Shown in pieces: positions 1 through 9,409 of a DNA stretch of 64,000 nucleotides (position 1 is the first letter of the stretch; the number at the start of each line of letters is the position of its first letter). The translations under genes and the position numbers were made by a program. The stretch is from Actinomycetota bacterium. Its GTDB lineage: Bacteria; Actinomycetota; CADDZG01; WHSQ01. Where the stretch lies: positions 24,902 through 88,901 of the forward strand of contig JBOGWS010000021.1 in assembly GCA_050693895.1 (NCBI GenBank), given 5' to 3'. The notes below the pieces were generated by a model that was not told the DNA's origin, ran no database searches, and saw only the letters and a list, made by a program, of their open reading frames with translations.

Positions 1-642
1 GGCCGCGACATCGTGGACGTCGCCAACGGCCTGGGGGCCCAGGATCTCGTGATCCGCTCCGTCGCCCGACCGCGCAATCTGATCGCGCTGAACGTTACAG
101 AGACACAACTTCGCTCGGGCAGGGCGCGGCTGGAGGAGGCATCCGCAACTCCGCTCGTCGCGGATGCGACCGCGCTTCCACTGGCCGACGACAGCGCGGA
201 CGGGATCATCAGCATCGAAGCCGCCTTTCACTTTCCGTCTCGTCACGGCTTCTTCGCAGAGGCGCGCCGCGTTCTGAGACCTGGAGGCGTGCTGACGATG
301 TCGGACGTGTCCGCCGAGCGGACCCGTACGCTCTCTCCCCGGGAGGCTGTGGCGGGGCTGACGAATCTCCGTGTGTGGGGTATCCGGCGGCGCTCACTGA
401 TGACCTCCGTTCAGATCGAACACGCTCTCATCGCTGCCGGCTTCGTCGGCGTTCGTGTGCGTGACGTCAGCCACCGTGTGTTTCCTCCGGCCATCCGCTT
501 CTTCAGTCAGAGACTGCGAACAGTCCGCGATGGGCCGCTCGCCTATCGCTGGGGATCGGGACTCCTTCTCCGCCAGTGGGAGCTGCTCGCGGCGCGCGAC
601 GTGATGAGATATCTGCTCGTGAGAGCCGAGGTACCCGGTTGA
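1..642 (+). CDS. class I SAM-dependent methyltransferase, 5' end outside window
   Basis: Frame is open from nt 1; the track ORF 13..642 begins at an internal GTG. DIVDVANGLGAQ resembles SAM-binding motif I. ADDSADGIISIEAAFHF and RVLRPGGVL resemble later Methyltransf_11-type motifs. Confidence 0.7.
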   Translation, partial: GRDIVDVANGLGAQDLVIRSVARPRNLIALNVTETQLRSGRARLEEASATPLVADATALPLADDSADGIISIEAAFHFPSRHGFFAEARRVLRPGGVLTMSDVSAERTRTLSPREAVAGLTNLRVWGIRRRSLMTSVQIEHALIAAGFVGVRVRDVSHRVFPPAIRFFSQRLRTVRDGPLAYRWGSGLLLRQWELLAARDVMRYLLVRAEVPG

Positions 643-840
643 GGGGGCCGGCGGACGGGGGGCCTGGTCTCCCCCATCCGCCGGTCTGGGCAGTGGGCGT
701 GGGCACGACCACTGGTTGGGGGACCACCCAAATGTCGATCGATGGGGATCCCCAAATACCTCGAAAATAGTCATATCGGACTAATCCGCCCAGCACAAGG
801 CCCAGCTTGCATCGACCGGCAACCATGTGGCCCCGCGCGA

Positions 841-1833
841 TCAGTGCTGGTGGCCCCTGAAGTCGTCCAGTTGCTCCTGGATTTTCGGGGTCATCTGGCC
901 GTTGGCATCGCGCACCAGGAAGAGCCCGGACATACCGAGGTCCGAGTGGTTCTGGACGTGGCAGTGATACATCCATGCCCCGGGCCCAACGCGTTCTCCG
1001 GCGATGACCTGGAACCCGAAGGAGTCCGCGGGTCCGGTCGTCTTGTTGTCGATGATTCGAGACGGATCGTCGAGCGAGCTGAGAGAGCCCGACCGGGTGT
1101 CAGCCCAGCGATGGCCGTGAAGATGGAACGAGTGGAACTCGTCGCCGTGCGTAATGACGACGAACTCAGCGCGTTGTCCGAGATTCGCCTCGCACAACGG
1201 GGTGTTGGGAGCGCGCCTGAAGGCGAAGGTCGTGCCGATCATGACCAACACGCAAGGCTCCACGTCGGGCACCGGGTCGTCGGGGGCGCGAACGATGAGT
1301 GCAGCGAACAGCCCCGCGTAGATCCCGCTGGTCCCGTGCTCGCCCAGGCGGCAGTGGTCGTGGTAGTGCCAATAACCAGCCGATCCGGGTTCGACCGAGC
1401 CGTCCTCTCGCAGCGATTCGGTGTGCGCTTGCCACACGTAGGTCCTGTTCTTACCCGGCCCGATGCAGCTGCGCGACAAACGAGTTCCGTCGCTGGCGGT
1501 GGTGTAGTCGACACCGTGCGCGTGTAGAGACGCCTTCTCGTTCGAGCGATTCTTGAGAGTGACCGCAATGCACTCCCCCTCGGTCATCTCTATCGTCGGA
1601 CCGGGGACCGTGGCCTCCCCCCTCGCCAATCCGTATCCGATCCGGCTGCGGTTGATCCGTTCGGCGAAGACCGTGATCTCTCTGTCCACCGACCCGACAT
1701 CACATGCTTGCTCGGCGGGCTGATTGTCGGTCTGGCCGATGGTCGGCAGAGACCATACGACTGCGCCCGCTATCAAAGCCATAAGCAGTGTCAATACCGG
1801 GATCCACAAACCGACAAGTGGCCGCAACTTCAC
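841..1833 (-). CDS. two-domain multicopper oxidase (small-laccase-like), anchored or secreted
   Basis: Four copper-ligand motifs: HAHGVDY, WHYHDH, HSFHLHGHRW, HCHVQNHSDLGM. Hydrophobic N-terminus. GTG start preceded by AAGGAGAG. Confidence 0.8.
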   Translation of the reverse strand: MKLRPLVGLWIPVLTLLMALIAGAVVWSLPTIGQTDNQPAEQACDVGSVDREITVFAERINRSRIGYGLARGEATVPGPTIEMTEGECIAVTLKNRSNEKASLHAHGVDYTTASDGTRLSRSCIGPGKNRTYVWQAHTESLREDGSVEPGSAGYWHYHDHCRLGEHGTSGIYAGLFAALIVRAPDDPVPDVEPCVLVMIGTTFAFRRAPNTPLCEANLGQRAEFVVITHGDEFHSFHLHGHRWADTRSGSLSSLDDPSRIIDNKTTGPADSFGFQVIAGERVGPGAWMYHCHVQNHSDLGMSGLFLVRDANGQMTPKIQEQLDDFRGHQH

Positions 1834-1949
1834 GCGAGTTCTCTCCTTAGTCCTGTTGCCCAGGTTCTGTCGTCTTGCACACGTTCCCCGACCGCCTTAC
1901 CCAGAGCCCTCAGAAGAGCTTGCTCGCGGACGATGCCGGTGTTCGAGCG

Positions 1950-3089
1950 TCAATAAAACCAAGCCTGGCGAGTTAACGCCACCACCCCGAGCATTGCGAT
2001 TGCCGCGAATACCAGCAAAACCGTCTCGTGCCGCCTTGAATCTCGTCCCGTCCACCCGGCCAGGAACAACACGATGGGAAACATCGATAGCAACATCCGA
2101 GGAACGCTCAGATAGATGCTGCTGGTCGCGAGGGATGCGAGGAAGACCCCCATGAATCCCGCGTAGCCCCACTCGCGCTTGATCAGCGCCCACACGACCG
2201 CCAGCGTCCCGAGGATCATCGCAGCGATCTCGACACGCCACCCGATGACGAAGTTGGTGAGGGCTCCCTCACCGGCGTCGACTCGCGTTACGTCCCACGT
2301 CGCGCGCAGAGCCTCGAGAGGTCCCGACAAAACGCGACCCCAACCCAGTCGCTGGTCCGTAAAGAAGTACAGCGGATCTCCCTTCACCTGCCAAAGGTAC
2401 GCACCGAACGCGGCCAGTGGCAGCAGCGCTACGACCTCGGCCGCGAGGGCCCTGCGAAGAGTGGTCCCACTGAAGTCTCGTCGTCGTACGAACTCCAGCA
2501 GCAGACCAACGAGAAGGAAGGCTCCTGCGGCTCGGGTGCCCATCGCGATGGCCGCGAACGTCCCCGACACGAGCCATCGCCCGCGCCGAGCGTAGTAGAA
2601 CGCTGGAATGGCTCCGGCGAGGAAGAGGGACTCGCTGTAGGGGGCAACCAGAAAAACCGCTGTGGGAAAGAACAGCAGGTAGAGCGAAGCCCTCCGGCCC
2701 GCATCATGGCCGCCCAGCTCTTCCTCGGCCAACCGGTAGAGGAAGGCAACGGCGACTACGCTTGCGACGGCGGAGAGAAGCATTGCCGCGAGAGCGGGGC
2801 TTAAGCCCGTAGCCGACAGAGCTCGAACAAGCAGGGGCCACAGAGGAAAAAAGGCGGTCGCGTGCGGGTCGGTACGCGGATCCGTGTAACCGAATTCGGC
2901 GACCTCGAGAAAATGCCGAGCGTCCCAGCGCGTCCACATATCGAGAACACCGATATCGGATGAGCCATCCGTAGACGCTAGAAACGAAGCTGCGAGGTAC
3001 GCAACTCCGAGATAGATCGCGCGCGTGAAGGCGACCAGCTTGAGCGCCTCGAACCACGCGTTGGGTCCTGAGGGGGCCCCCCAGATCAC
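1950..3089 (-). CDS. polytopic membrane protein, PIG-V/GT76-like glycosyltransferase candidate
   Basis: Multiple hydrophobic helices. N-terminal WTRWDARHFLEVAEFGY...AFFPLWPL pattern recalls PIG-V-like mannosyltransferases. Assignment is from motif memory only. Confidence 0.45.
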   Translation of the reverse strand: MIWGAPSGPNAWFEALKLVAFTRAIYLGVAYLAASFLASTDGSSDIGVLDMWTRWDARHFLEVAEFGYTDPRTDPHATAFFPLWPLLVRALSATGLSPALAAMLLSAVASVVAVAFLYRLAEEELGGHDAGRRASLYLLFFPTAVFLVAPYSESLFLAGAIPAFYYARRGRWLVSGTFAAIAMGTRAAGAFLLVGLLLEFVRRRDFSGTTLRRALAAEVVALLPLAAFGAYLWQVKGDPLYFFTDQRLGWGRVLSGPLEALRATWDVTRVDAGEGALTNFVIGWRVEIAAMILGTLAVVWALIKREWGYAGFMGVFLASLATSSIYLSVPRMLLSMFPIVLFLAGWTGRDSRRHETVLLVFAAIAMLGVVALTRQAWFY

Positions 3090-3149
3090 GACCCGAGGGC
3101 TCTGGCGGTTAGTCCGCAGGGGGTCGACGGCCTCTGTCGGGCACGCGCT

Positions 3150-4658
3150 CTAGTCCGGCGTCCAACGGACCGTGAGCCGGCGGGCGGCGCGCGCCTCGTC
3201 GGGTCGCCGAACCGGAGTCGTCACCGGCGCGTCGTGCAGCAACTCGGGATTCTCCTTGGCCTCCTTGGCGATCTGGTTCAAGGCATCGGCGAGACCGTCG
3301 ATCGTCTCCTTCGACTCGGTCTCGGTCGGCTCGACCATCAGGGCCTCCTCGACCACGAGCGGGAAGTACACGGTCGGAGGGTGATAGCCGAAATCGATGA
3401 GGCGCTTCGCTACATCCATGGCTCGGACGCCGTGCTGCTTCAGTGGCTTCGCGCTCGCGACGAACTCGTGCATGCAGATTCCGGGATACTTGGTGGGGAA
3501 CGCGTCCGCGATGAGAGCGCGCAGATAGTTCGCGTTGAGCACCGCTCGTTCCGCGACTCTGCGAAGCCCCTGCGGTCCCAACGACCGGAGATACACGTAT
3601 GCGCGCACGTTGATGCCAAAGTTGCCGTGGAAGCTGTGGATGCGGCCGATGGAATCGGGCCGGTCGTGGTTCCACCCCCACCTCTCTGCGCCCTTGTCGT
3701 AGACGAGCACCGGAGCGGGAAGGAAGCGCGCCAGACGCTCGCTCACGGCAAGGGGGCCCGAGCCCGGTCCCCCACCACCATGCGGTGTGGCGAAGGTCTT
3801 GTGGAGATTCAAGTGCACGATGTCGAAACCCATGTCGCCCGGGCGAACAACGCCCACGATCGAGTTGAAGTTGGCCCCATCGTAGTAAAGCAGCCCGCCG
3901 ACCTCGTGTACCGCCGTGGCGATTCGCACGATGTCGCGCTCGAAGAGGCCGAGGGTGTTGGGGTTCGTGAGCATGAGACCAGCGACGTTTTCGTCGAGCA
4001 CGTCGAGCAGCGCGTCGACGTCAACGAGGCCGCGCTCGTCCGAACGAACCTCGACGGCCTCGTAGCCGGCAAGCGAAACGCTTGCGGGATTGGTTCCATG
4101 AGCGGAGTCGGGGATGATGACCCGCCTTCTCGCATCGCCGTTCGCCTCGTGGAACGCCCGCATGATCAGAAGTCCCGTCAGTTCGCCCTGCGCTCCGGCG
4201 GCGGGCTGCATCGTGATCGCATCCATGCCGGTCGCCTCGCAAAGCGCTTCCTGCAGTGTCCCGAGCAACTCGAGTGCACCCTGAACCTGGTCGTCGGGGG
4301 CCAGTGGATGCAGGCCCGCGAACCCCGGCATGGCGGCCGCTTCCTCGGCGACCTTCGGGTTGTACTTCATCGAGCAAGATCCGAGAGGGTAGGCACCGAC
4401 GTCGATTGCCCAGTTGCGCTGGCTCAGGCGGGTGTAGTGGCGCACCAGGTCGCGTTCGCTGACCTCCGGTAGCGCCGGAGCCTTCGCCCTCCGAAACCTC
4501 TCGGGCACCAGTTCGTCGAGCTCGGGGGCATCGACCTTCGCCTCCGGCAACGACCAGGCCCGCCTGCCCTTGCGGGACAGCTCGAACACGAGCGGAAATC
4601 CAGTGCCGTCGTTGCGAGTGCCGGCCGACCGTTCTAGCGATCCCTGCGTCTTAGTCAT
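3150..4658 (-). CDS. gcvPB: glycine dehydrogenase (aminomethyl-transferring) subunit 2
   Basis: Protein-like sequence begins at [11 protein letters not shown]. The upstream 122 codons of track ORF 3150..5024 overlap gcvPA and are Arg/Gly-rich. ATGA start/stop overlap with gcvPA at 4655-4658. PLP region [18 protein letters not shown]. Confidence 0.9.
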   Translation of the reverse strand: MTKTQGSLERSAGTRNDGTGFPLVFELSRKGRRAWSLPEAKVDAPELDELVPERFRRAKAPALPEVSERDLVRHYTRLSQRNWAIDVGAYPLGSCSMKYNPKVAEEAAAMPGFAGLHPLAPDDQVQGALELLGTLQEALCEATGMDAITMQPAAGAQGELTGLLIMRAFHEANGDARRRVIIPDSAHGTNPASVSLAGYEAVEVRSDERGLVDVDALLDVLDENVAGLMLTNPNTLGLFERDIVRIATAVHEVGGLLYYDGANFNSIVGVVRPGDMGFDIVHLNLHKTFATPHGGGGPGSGPLAVSERLARFLPAPVLVYDKGAERWGWNHDRPDSIGRIHSFHGNFGINVRAYVYLRSLGPQGLRRVAERAVLNANYLRALIADAFPTKYPGICMHEFVASAKPLKQHGVRAMDVAKRLIDFGYHPPTVYFPLVVEEALMVEPTETESKETIDGLADALNQIAKEAKENPELLHDAPVTTPVRRPDEARAARRLTVRWTPD

Positions 4659-5995
4659 CCCGCAAGCTCCTTCTCGAGCGCCTGGGCGAGACCGACGATG
4701 TCCTCCTCGGTCCGCCGCTCGGTGACCGCCACCAGTAGGCAGTCGCCGAGCTCCGGCCACCACCGCCCCAGACTCGGACCGGCTAGGTAGCCCCGTTCGG
4801 CGATCGACCGCTCGAGCTCGCGCGCGTCGCCGGGTGTCCGCAAAACGATCTCCTTGAAGTGAGGCCCCTCGAAGGCGACCTCGCAGCCCGGGATCTCGGA
4901 CAGGCGCTCGGCGGCGAAGGCGGTCCGGCGCATGCACACCTCGCCCAGTCGCTGCAACCCCTGGGGGCCCAGCCAGCCGAGATAGACCGACGCAAAGATG
5001 GCCATCAGCGTCTGGTTGGTGCACACGTTCGATGTGGCTTTCGCTCGCCGGATGTGCTGCTCTCTCGCCTGGAGGGTGAGGACGTAGGCACGCCGGTCGT
5101 CCGCATCGACCGTCTCGCCGGCGATGCGTCCGGGAACCTGGCGCACGTGATCGAGATGGGTGGCGAACAGCCCGACGTACGGTCCGCCGTAGGACTTGGG
5201 GTTTCCAAGGGACTGACCCTCGCCCACGGCGACGTCCGCGCCCAGGGCCCCCGGAGACGCCAGGACTCCCATCGCGGTCGGGTCGGTCACTGCGATCGAC
5301 AGCGCGCCGGCGTCATGAGCCACCGACGACGCCGCCCCGAGATCCTCGAGGCGACCGAAGAAGTTCGGGTAGGCGCACGCGACCGCCGCGGCTCCGGTTG
5401 CATCCACCTTCGACCAGTCGACCACACCGTCGGCGCCGAAGGGCACGACGTCAACGTCTAGGTCTAAACCTGAGGTATAGGTTCGGAGCACCTGGACGTA
5501 GTGAGGATGCACGGTCGCCCCCACCAGCACCCTCGAGCGCTTGGTCGTCCTCATGGACAGCGTCACCGCCTCCACGAGGGCGTTGGCCCCGTCGTAGAGC
5601 GACGCGTTGGCCACCTCCATCCCGTAGAGCTCGCACACCAGGGTCTGGAACTCGTAGATCGCCTGGAGCACCCCTTGACTGAGCTCCGGCTGATAGGGCG
5701 TATAGGAGGTCGCGAACTCCGCCCGGCCGGCGAGTGCTTTTACCACCGGGGGCAGGTGGTGGTCGTAGCTTCCTCCCCCCGCGAAGCAGACCAACTCGGC
5801 GGGACCCAGCGAGCGCCCGGCCAACCGCGCCATGTGATCGAGGAGCTCGACCTCATCGAGGGCCGGCGGCACGTCGAGCGTGCGGGTCAGTTGCAGAGAG
5901 GGGTCGATCGCTTCGAAGAGGTCGCGCAGAGAGTCGAGTCCGACGGTGTCCAGCATCGTCCGGTCGTCGTCGTGAGTATGCGGCGCGAAGTCCAA
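4655..5995 (-). CDS. gcvPA: glycine dehydrogenase (aminomethyl-transferring) subunit 1
   Basis: 446 aa with typical GcvPA N-terminus (M)DFAPHT...[17 protein letters not shown] start with a G-rich SD-like stretch upstream. Directly upstream of gcvPB. Confidence 0.9.
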   Translation of the reverse strand: MDFAPHTHDDDRTMLDTVGLDSLRDLFEAIDPSLQLTRTLDVPPALDEVELLDHMARLAGRSLGPAELVCFAGGGSYDHHLPPVVKALAGRAEFATSYTPYQPELSQGVLQAIYEFQTLVCELYGMEVANASLYDGANALVEAVTLSMRTTKRSRVLVGATVHPHYVQVLRTYTSGLDLDVDVVPFGADGVVDWSKVDATGAAAVACAYPNFFGRLEDLGAASSVAHDAGALSIAVTDPTAMGVLASPGALGADVAVGEGQSLGNPKSYGGPYVGLFATHLDHVRQVPGRIAGETVDADDRRAYVLTLQAREQHIRRAKATSNVCTNQTLMAIFASVYLGWLGPQGLQRLGEVCMRRTAFAAERLSEIPGCEVAFEGPHFKEIVLRTPGDARELERSIAERGYLAGPSLGRWWPELGDCLLVAVTERRTEEDIVGLAQALEKELAG

Positions 5996-6010
5996 ACGGA
6001 TAGCCCCCAG

Positions 6011-6028
6011 TAGATTTGTCGACTTCTC
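6011..6028. repeat. palindromic motif copy (TAGATTTGTCGACTTCTC) in gcvT-gcvPA spacer
   Basis: Read directly. Member of the GTCGAC-centred motif family; outer TAGA/TCTA arms are also complementary (6011-6030). Confidence 0.6.
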
Positions 6029-6057
6029 TACCTGTTGATGTGTTGCTTTGTCGTCGA

Positions 6058-7131
6058 TCAGGCCCTCTTGACGAAAGGCGGCTTAACGATATCGCCCTCG
6101 ATCCGGCGACCGCGCGCCTCGATGGCGACACTCTGCCCGATCTCCGGAGTTAGCTCGCGCGGCCCCAGGGCGAGCCCGATGCCGGTGCCGAGGGTCGGCG
6201 AGAAGTTGCCGCTGGTGAGCTCGCCGATCCTCTCCTCGCCGGCGAACACGGGGCAGCCCTGGCGCGGCACTCCCCTGGCGGTGCACACGACGCCGAACAA
6301 CCTTCTCGTCGCGCCGATCTCTTTCACCGCGCTGAGTGCCTCTTTCCCGCGAAAGTCGGGTCCCCACTTCACCGCCCATCCGAGCGACGCCTCCAGCGGG
6401 TTGACGTCACGGGTCAACTCGTGCCCGTAGAGGGCGTAGCCCATCTCGAGACGCAGGGTGTCGCGGGCACCAAGTCCGACGGGCGTGGCTCCCGCATCGA
6501 GAATCCTCTCGAAGGCCCGTTCGGCCACCGTGGCGGGCGCGTACAGCTCGAAGCCCCGTTCGCCGGTGTAGCCGGTCCGGGCGACCATCCCCTCGGCCCC
6601 GAGAACGTCGAGGGTCGAGAAGCGGTGGAGCTTGAGGTCCGTCGCCCCGCTCCCCGAGAACGCCTCGTCGAACACCTCGAAGGAATCGGGGCCCTGAATG
6701 GCCAGGATGGTCCAGCGATCCCACTCGTCGACGACCTCGGTGCCGGAGACTTCGATCATCTCGGCAACCGCTCTTACGTTCGCGGCGTTCGGCACCACCA
6801 ACCACTCGTGCTCCGCCACTCGGTAGATGAAGATGTCGTCGACGGTCCCGGCGTCTTCCGTCAACACGAGCGCGTAACTCGCCTGCCCCGCCGCGAGACT
6901 CTCTATGTCCGCCGTCACGGCATGCTGCAGCGCGGCGGTGCCCGCAGCGGAGGTAACTCGCAACTTCCCGAGGTGACTGACGTCGAATACCCCCACCCTC
7001 TCTCTCACCGCATTGTGCTCGGCGACTACGCCCGAGTACTGAAGGGGCATGTCCCAGCCGCCGAACTCCACGATTCGGGCTCCCAAGCGCTTGTGCGCGT
7101 CGAGAAGATGCGTCTTACGCTCCCCAGCCAT
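6058..7131 (-). CDS. gcvT: glycine cleavage system aminomethyltransferase T
   Basis: 357 aa. N-terminus KTHLLDAHKRLGARIVEFGGWDMPLQY is typical of GcvT. Followed by gcvPA and gcvPB. Confidence 0.9.
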   Translation of the reverse strand: MAGERKTHLLDAHKRLGARIVEFGGWDMPLQYSGVVAEHNAVRERVGVFDVSHLGKLRVTSAAGTAALQHAVTADIESLAAGQASYALVLTEDAGTVDDIFIYRVAEHEWLVVPNAANVRAVAEMIEVSGTEVVDEWDRWTILAIQGPDSFEVFDEAFSGSGATDLKLHRFSTLDVLGAEGMVARTGYTGERGFELYAPATVAERAFERILDAGATPVGLGARDTLRLEMGYALYGHELTRDVNPLEASLGWAVKWGPDFRGKEALSAVKEIGATRRLFGVVCTARGVPRQGCPVFAGEERIGELTSGNFSPTLGTGIGLALGPRELTPEIGQSVAIEARGRRIEGDIVKPPFVKRA

Positions 7132-7136
7132 CGCGC

Positions 7137-7490
7137 TCAGCCCGCCAATGCGGAACCGAACGAGCGTCGCTCGGCCGAGAGATCGAAGTCGAGTTTCCCG
7201 TCCAGCTTCTCGAGCGACGACCCCTGAGAGGGCTCCTCTAATCCGTACTTGATCAGCAGGTTCAGGTAGTCGCGCTGGTACAGGATCCGGCAGCGGACAT
7301 CCGGATAAAGCGAGGTCAGTCGTCTCACTTTCCGGTTCTTTTTGGTCACGAGCTTCTGGTTGAGGGTGGTGATCTCAATGTAGAGGTCGAACTCCGGGAG
7401 GTAGAAGTCCGGGGAGAAGCGTTGTGTCGGGTTGCCCTGCCGGTCCCATTCGATGTCGAAGGTCGTCGGTTCGTAACGCCACTCGATCAT
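7137..7490 (-). CDS. hypothetical protein, possible PD-(D/E)xK nuclease-like fold, first gene of gcvT operon
   Basis: 117-aa ORF, AT-richer than its neighbours. Stop lies 5 nt before the gcvT ATG. SPDFYLPEFDLYIEITTLNQK resembles a PD...ExK-type core. The frame stays open upstream to 7667 with no ATG/GTG/TTG. Confidence 0.5.
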   Translation of the reverse strand: MIEWRYEPTTFDIEWDRQGNPTQRFSPDFYLPEFDLYIEITTLNQKLVTKKNRKVRRLTSLYPDVRCRILYQRDYLNLLIKYGLEEPSQGSSLEKLDGKLDFDLSAERRSFGSALAG

Positions 7491-7606
7491 GTAGAAGTCC
7501 AGCAGGGTCGCGAACTGCCGCTCACTATTGTGAGCGAAACGAGCCTGCTCGTGGGGAAGGAGCGAAGAAGGGTCGGCGTCGACCGGCGCCCGTTCCTCTG
7601 GGATGT

Positions 7607-8092
7607 CTAGCCCTCCTTGGCTCGCAGCTCTTCCTCGTGCCCGGGAGAACCGTATGTCACGTCATCTGCGGCGGGTCGGAGTTCGGCCAAAGTTCCATCG
7701 AGCTGCTCTTTGACCTTCTCGACCGAAACGAGTGATCCGAGCACCCCCTGCCCCGAGCGCAAAAGGTCCAGGACCTCGGCGTCCGAAGTGCACGCATAGA
7801 CACGATCCCCGTCGGTCGCGATGGTCACCTTGGACCAGTCACCTTCGATGTTCTCGCGCACGTACTCGATGGATTGACGAACCTTCTGGAGGCTTGCACC
7901 CGCGTCGATTAGTTCTTTGATGACCTTGAGCTGCAGCAGGTCGTTGAAGCTGTAGACGCGTTGGGTACCGGATCCCTCGGCCGACTTGATGGACGGAGCG
8001 ACAAGACCGGTCCGGGTCCAGTAGTCGAGTTGGCGATAGGTGATGTCGACGATCTTGGTTGCCTGCGGGCCCCCGTACCCCATCTCTTCCAT
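7607..8092 (-). CDS. MerR family transcriptional regulator (Rv1830-like)
   Basis: N-terminal HTH ITYRQLDYWTRTGLVAPSIKSAEGSGTQRVYSFNDLLQLKVIKEL. SD GGGGAGG lies 5 nt before the ATG. Position next to the DUF151 nuclease gene is conserved. Confidence 0.85.
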   Translation of the reverse strand: MEEMGYGGPQATKIVDITYRQLDYWTRTGLVAPSIKSAEGSGTQRVYSFNDLLQLKVIKELIDAGASLQKVRQSIEYVRENIEGDWSKVTIATDGDRVYACTSDAEVLDLLRSGQGVLGSLVSVEKVKEQLDGTLAELRPAADDVTYGSPGHEEELRAKEG

Positions 8093-8126
8093 TGTTGCCT
8101 CCCCGGACGACTAGTGGCGATCTCAT

Positions 8127-8164
8127 TGAAGTACAAAGCGAACTACAGGCACGGTGAAGTACAA
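8127..8164 (-). promoter_or_regulatory. two direct copies of TGAAGTACAA (8127-8136, 8155-8164) upstream of the MerR gene
   Basis: Read directly. 10-nt direct repeat with 28-nt periodicity, 35-70 nt upstream of the MerR ATG. Candidate operator or promoter element. Confidence 0.35.
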
Positions 8165-8309
8165 GTTGGTAGTTACGTGTCTGGAACCGTACGCTCCCGC
8201 GCGCGCCATGTCAACGACAACCTTCATTGCTGACTGAAGAGTTCGGACAAGCATCAACGTCAGGGCGCGCGTTAGAAACCGAAGTCGTGGAGCGGGTGGT
8301 GGCAAGTGC

Positions 8310-8789
8310 CTAGGTATCGCTCGCGAAGTCCTCGGGCTGCACCTGGTCGAGGAACTCCCTGAACTTCTCGACCTCGCTCTCCTCTTCGTCCTTGAGCTCG
8401 ATACCCGCCTGCTCGAGGACCTCTTCGGAGGCGAAGATAGGGGCGTTGATTCTCACCGCCAGCGCGATGGCGTCACTCGGCCGAGACGACACCTCGGAGT
8501 TCCCGCCGTTCGCGGCCATCCTGATCGTGGCAAAGAAGGTCTGCTCCACGAGGTCGTTTATGACGATCCGCTCGACCGCCGTGTTGGTGGTGTTGAGGAT
8601 GTCACGCAACAGGTCGTGGGTCATGGGCCGTGGAGTCTGGATTCCCTGGAGGGCGAAGGCAATTGCCGTCGCTTCGACCGCACCTATCCAGATGGGCAGG
8701 TAGCGCTCTCCGTCGACCTCCTTCAACAGCACGATCGGTTGGTTCGACGGAAGCTCGACTCGCACGCCGACGAGCGATAGCTCGATCAT
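8310..8789 (-). CDS. bifunctional nuclease family protein (DUF151, Rv1829-like)
   Basis: LSLVGVRVELPSNQPIVLLKE...RYLPIWIG..EA.AIA....I..PRPMTHDLL is the characteristic DUF151 N-terminal pattern. Confidence 0.85.
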   Translation of the reverse strand: MIELSLVGVRVELPSNQPIVLLKEVDGERYLPIWIGAVEATAIAFALQGIQTPRPMTHDLLRDILNTTNTAVERIVINDLVEQTFFATIRMAANGGNSEVSSRPSDAIALAVRINAPIFASEEVLEQAGIELKDEEESEVEKFREFLDQVQPEDFASDT

Positions 8790-8808
8790 GCGTCCGAAAC
8801 TAACACCG

Positions 8809-9405
8809 TCACCCGTTTTTCAAACCGAAGAGCTGAGGCACCATGAGGCGTGGATCGTTGGCAAGCCGGGCAAGGTCTCTCACGGCCAGAATGTCCGCCG
8901 CGTTGCGGTAGAGCCCCTGAAAGTCCAGCCCATACCCCACGACGAAGACATCGGGAATCTCGAACGCCCCGAACTCGAGTGGGACGGGAATGATCCTTCG
9001 AGCGGTCTTGTCCAGGAGCGTTACGGCTCGTAGCGACGTCGGCTCGCGCTGTGTCAAAGTTTTTCGCAGGTAGTTCAGAGAAAGCCCCGTGTCCACGATG
9101 TCTTCCACGATCACGACATCTCGACCCCGAATGTCCTCGTCGAGATCCTTGACGATACGTACGACCCCGGACTGCGAGTACGAAGAGATGGACATGAAGT
9201 CGACGACGACGTCGATATTCATGGCTCTGATGAGGTCGGCGAGAAAAATAGCCGAGCCCTTCAGGACTCCCACCAGCACCGGTGGTTGCCCATCGCCGAA
9301 GAGCTCTCCTAGCTCTGCCCCAAGTTCGTCGATGCGTCGAGCGATCGAGGTGCGATCGATCAGAAGCTCGGCGGGGAGGTTCGAGGCGAAGCGGCCTTCG
9401 ATCAC
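8809..9405 (-). CDS. hpt: hypoxanthine phosphoribosyltransferase
   Basis: PRPP-binding loop VVIVEDIVDTGLSL plus VLVGVLKGSAIFLADL. Track ORF runs to 9450; I prefer the in-frame GTG at 9405, which removes the 41-nt overlap with the upstream gene. Start is uncertain. Confidence 0.85.
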   Translation of the reverse strand: MIEGRFASNLPAELLIDRTSIARRIDELGAELGELFGDGQPPVLVGVLKGSAIFLADLIRAMNIDVVVDFMSISSYSQSGVVRIVKDLDEDIRGRDVVIVEDIVDTGLSLNYLRKTLTQREPTSLRAVTLLDKTARRIIPVPLEFGAFEIPDVFVVGYGLDFQGLYRNAADILAVRDLARLANDPRLMVPQLFGLKNG

Positions 9406-9409
9406 CGCG

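Noticed and set aside
5996-7606. Glycine riboswitch upstream of gcvT, gcvPA (and gcvH at 12261-12330)
   Set aside because: Only fragments such as CTCTCAGG and GGAC are present at 7200-7250, and they lie inside the 117-aa ORF. The CACCGAAGGGGCAA-type cores are absent and the spacers are too short. A covariance-model search is still advisable.
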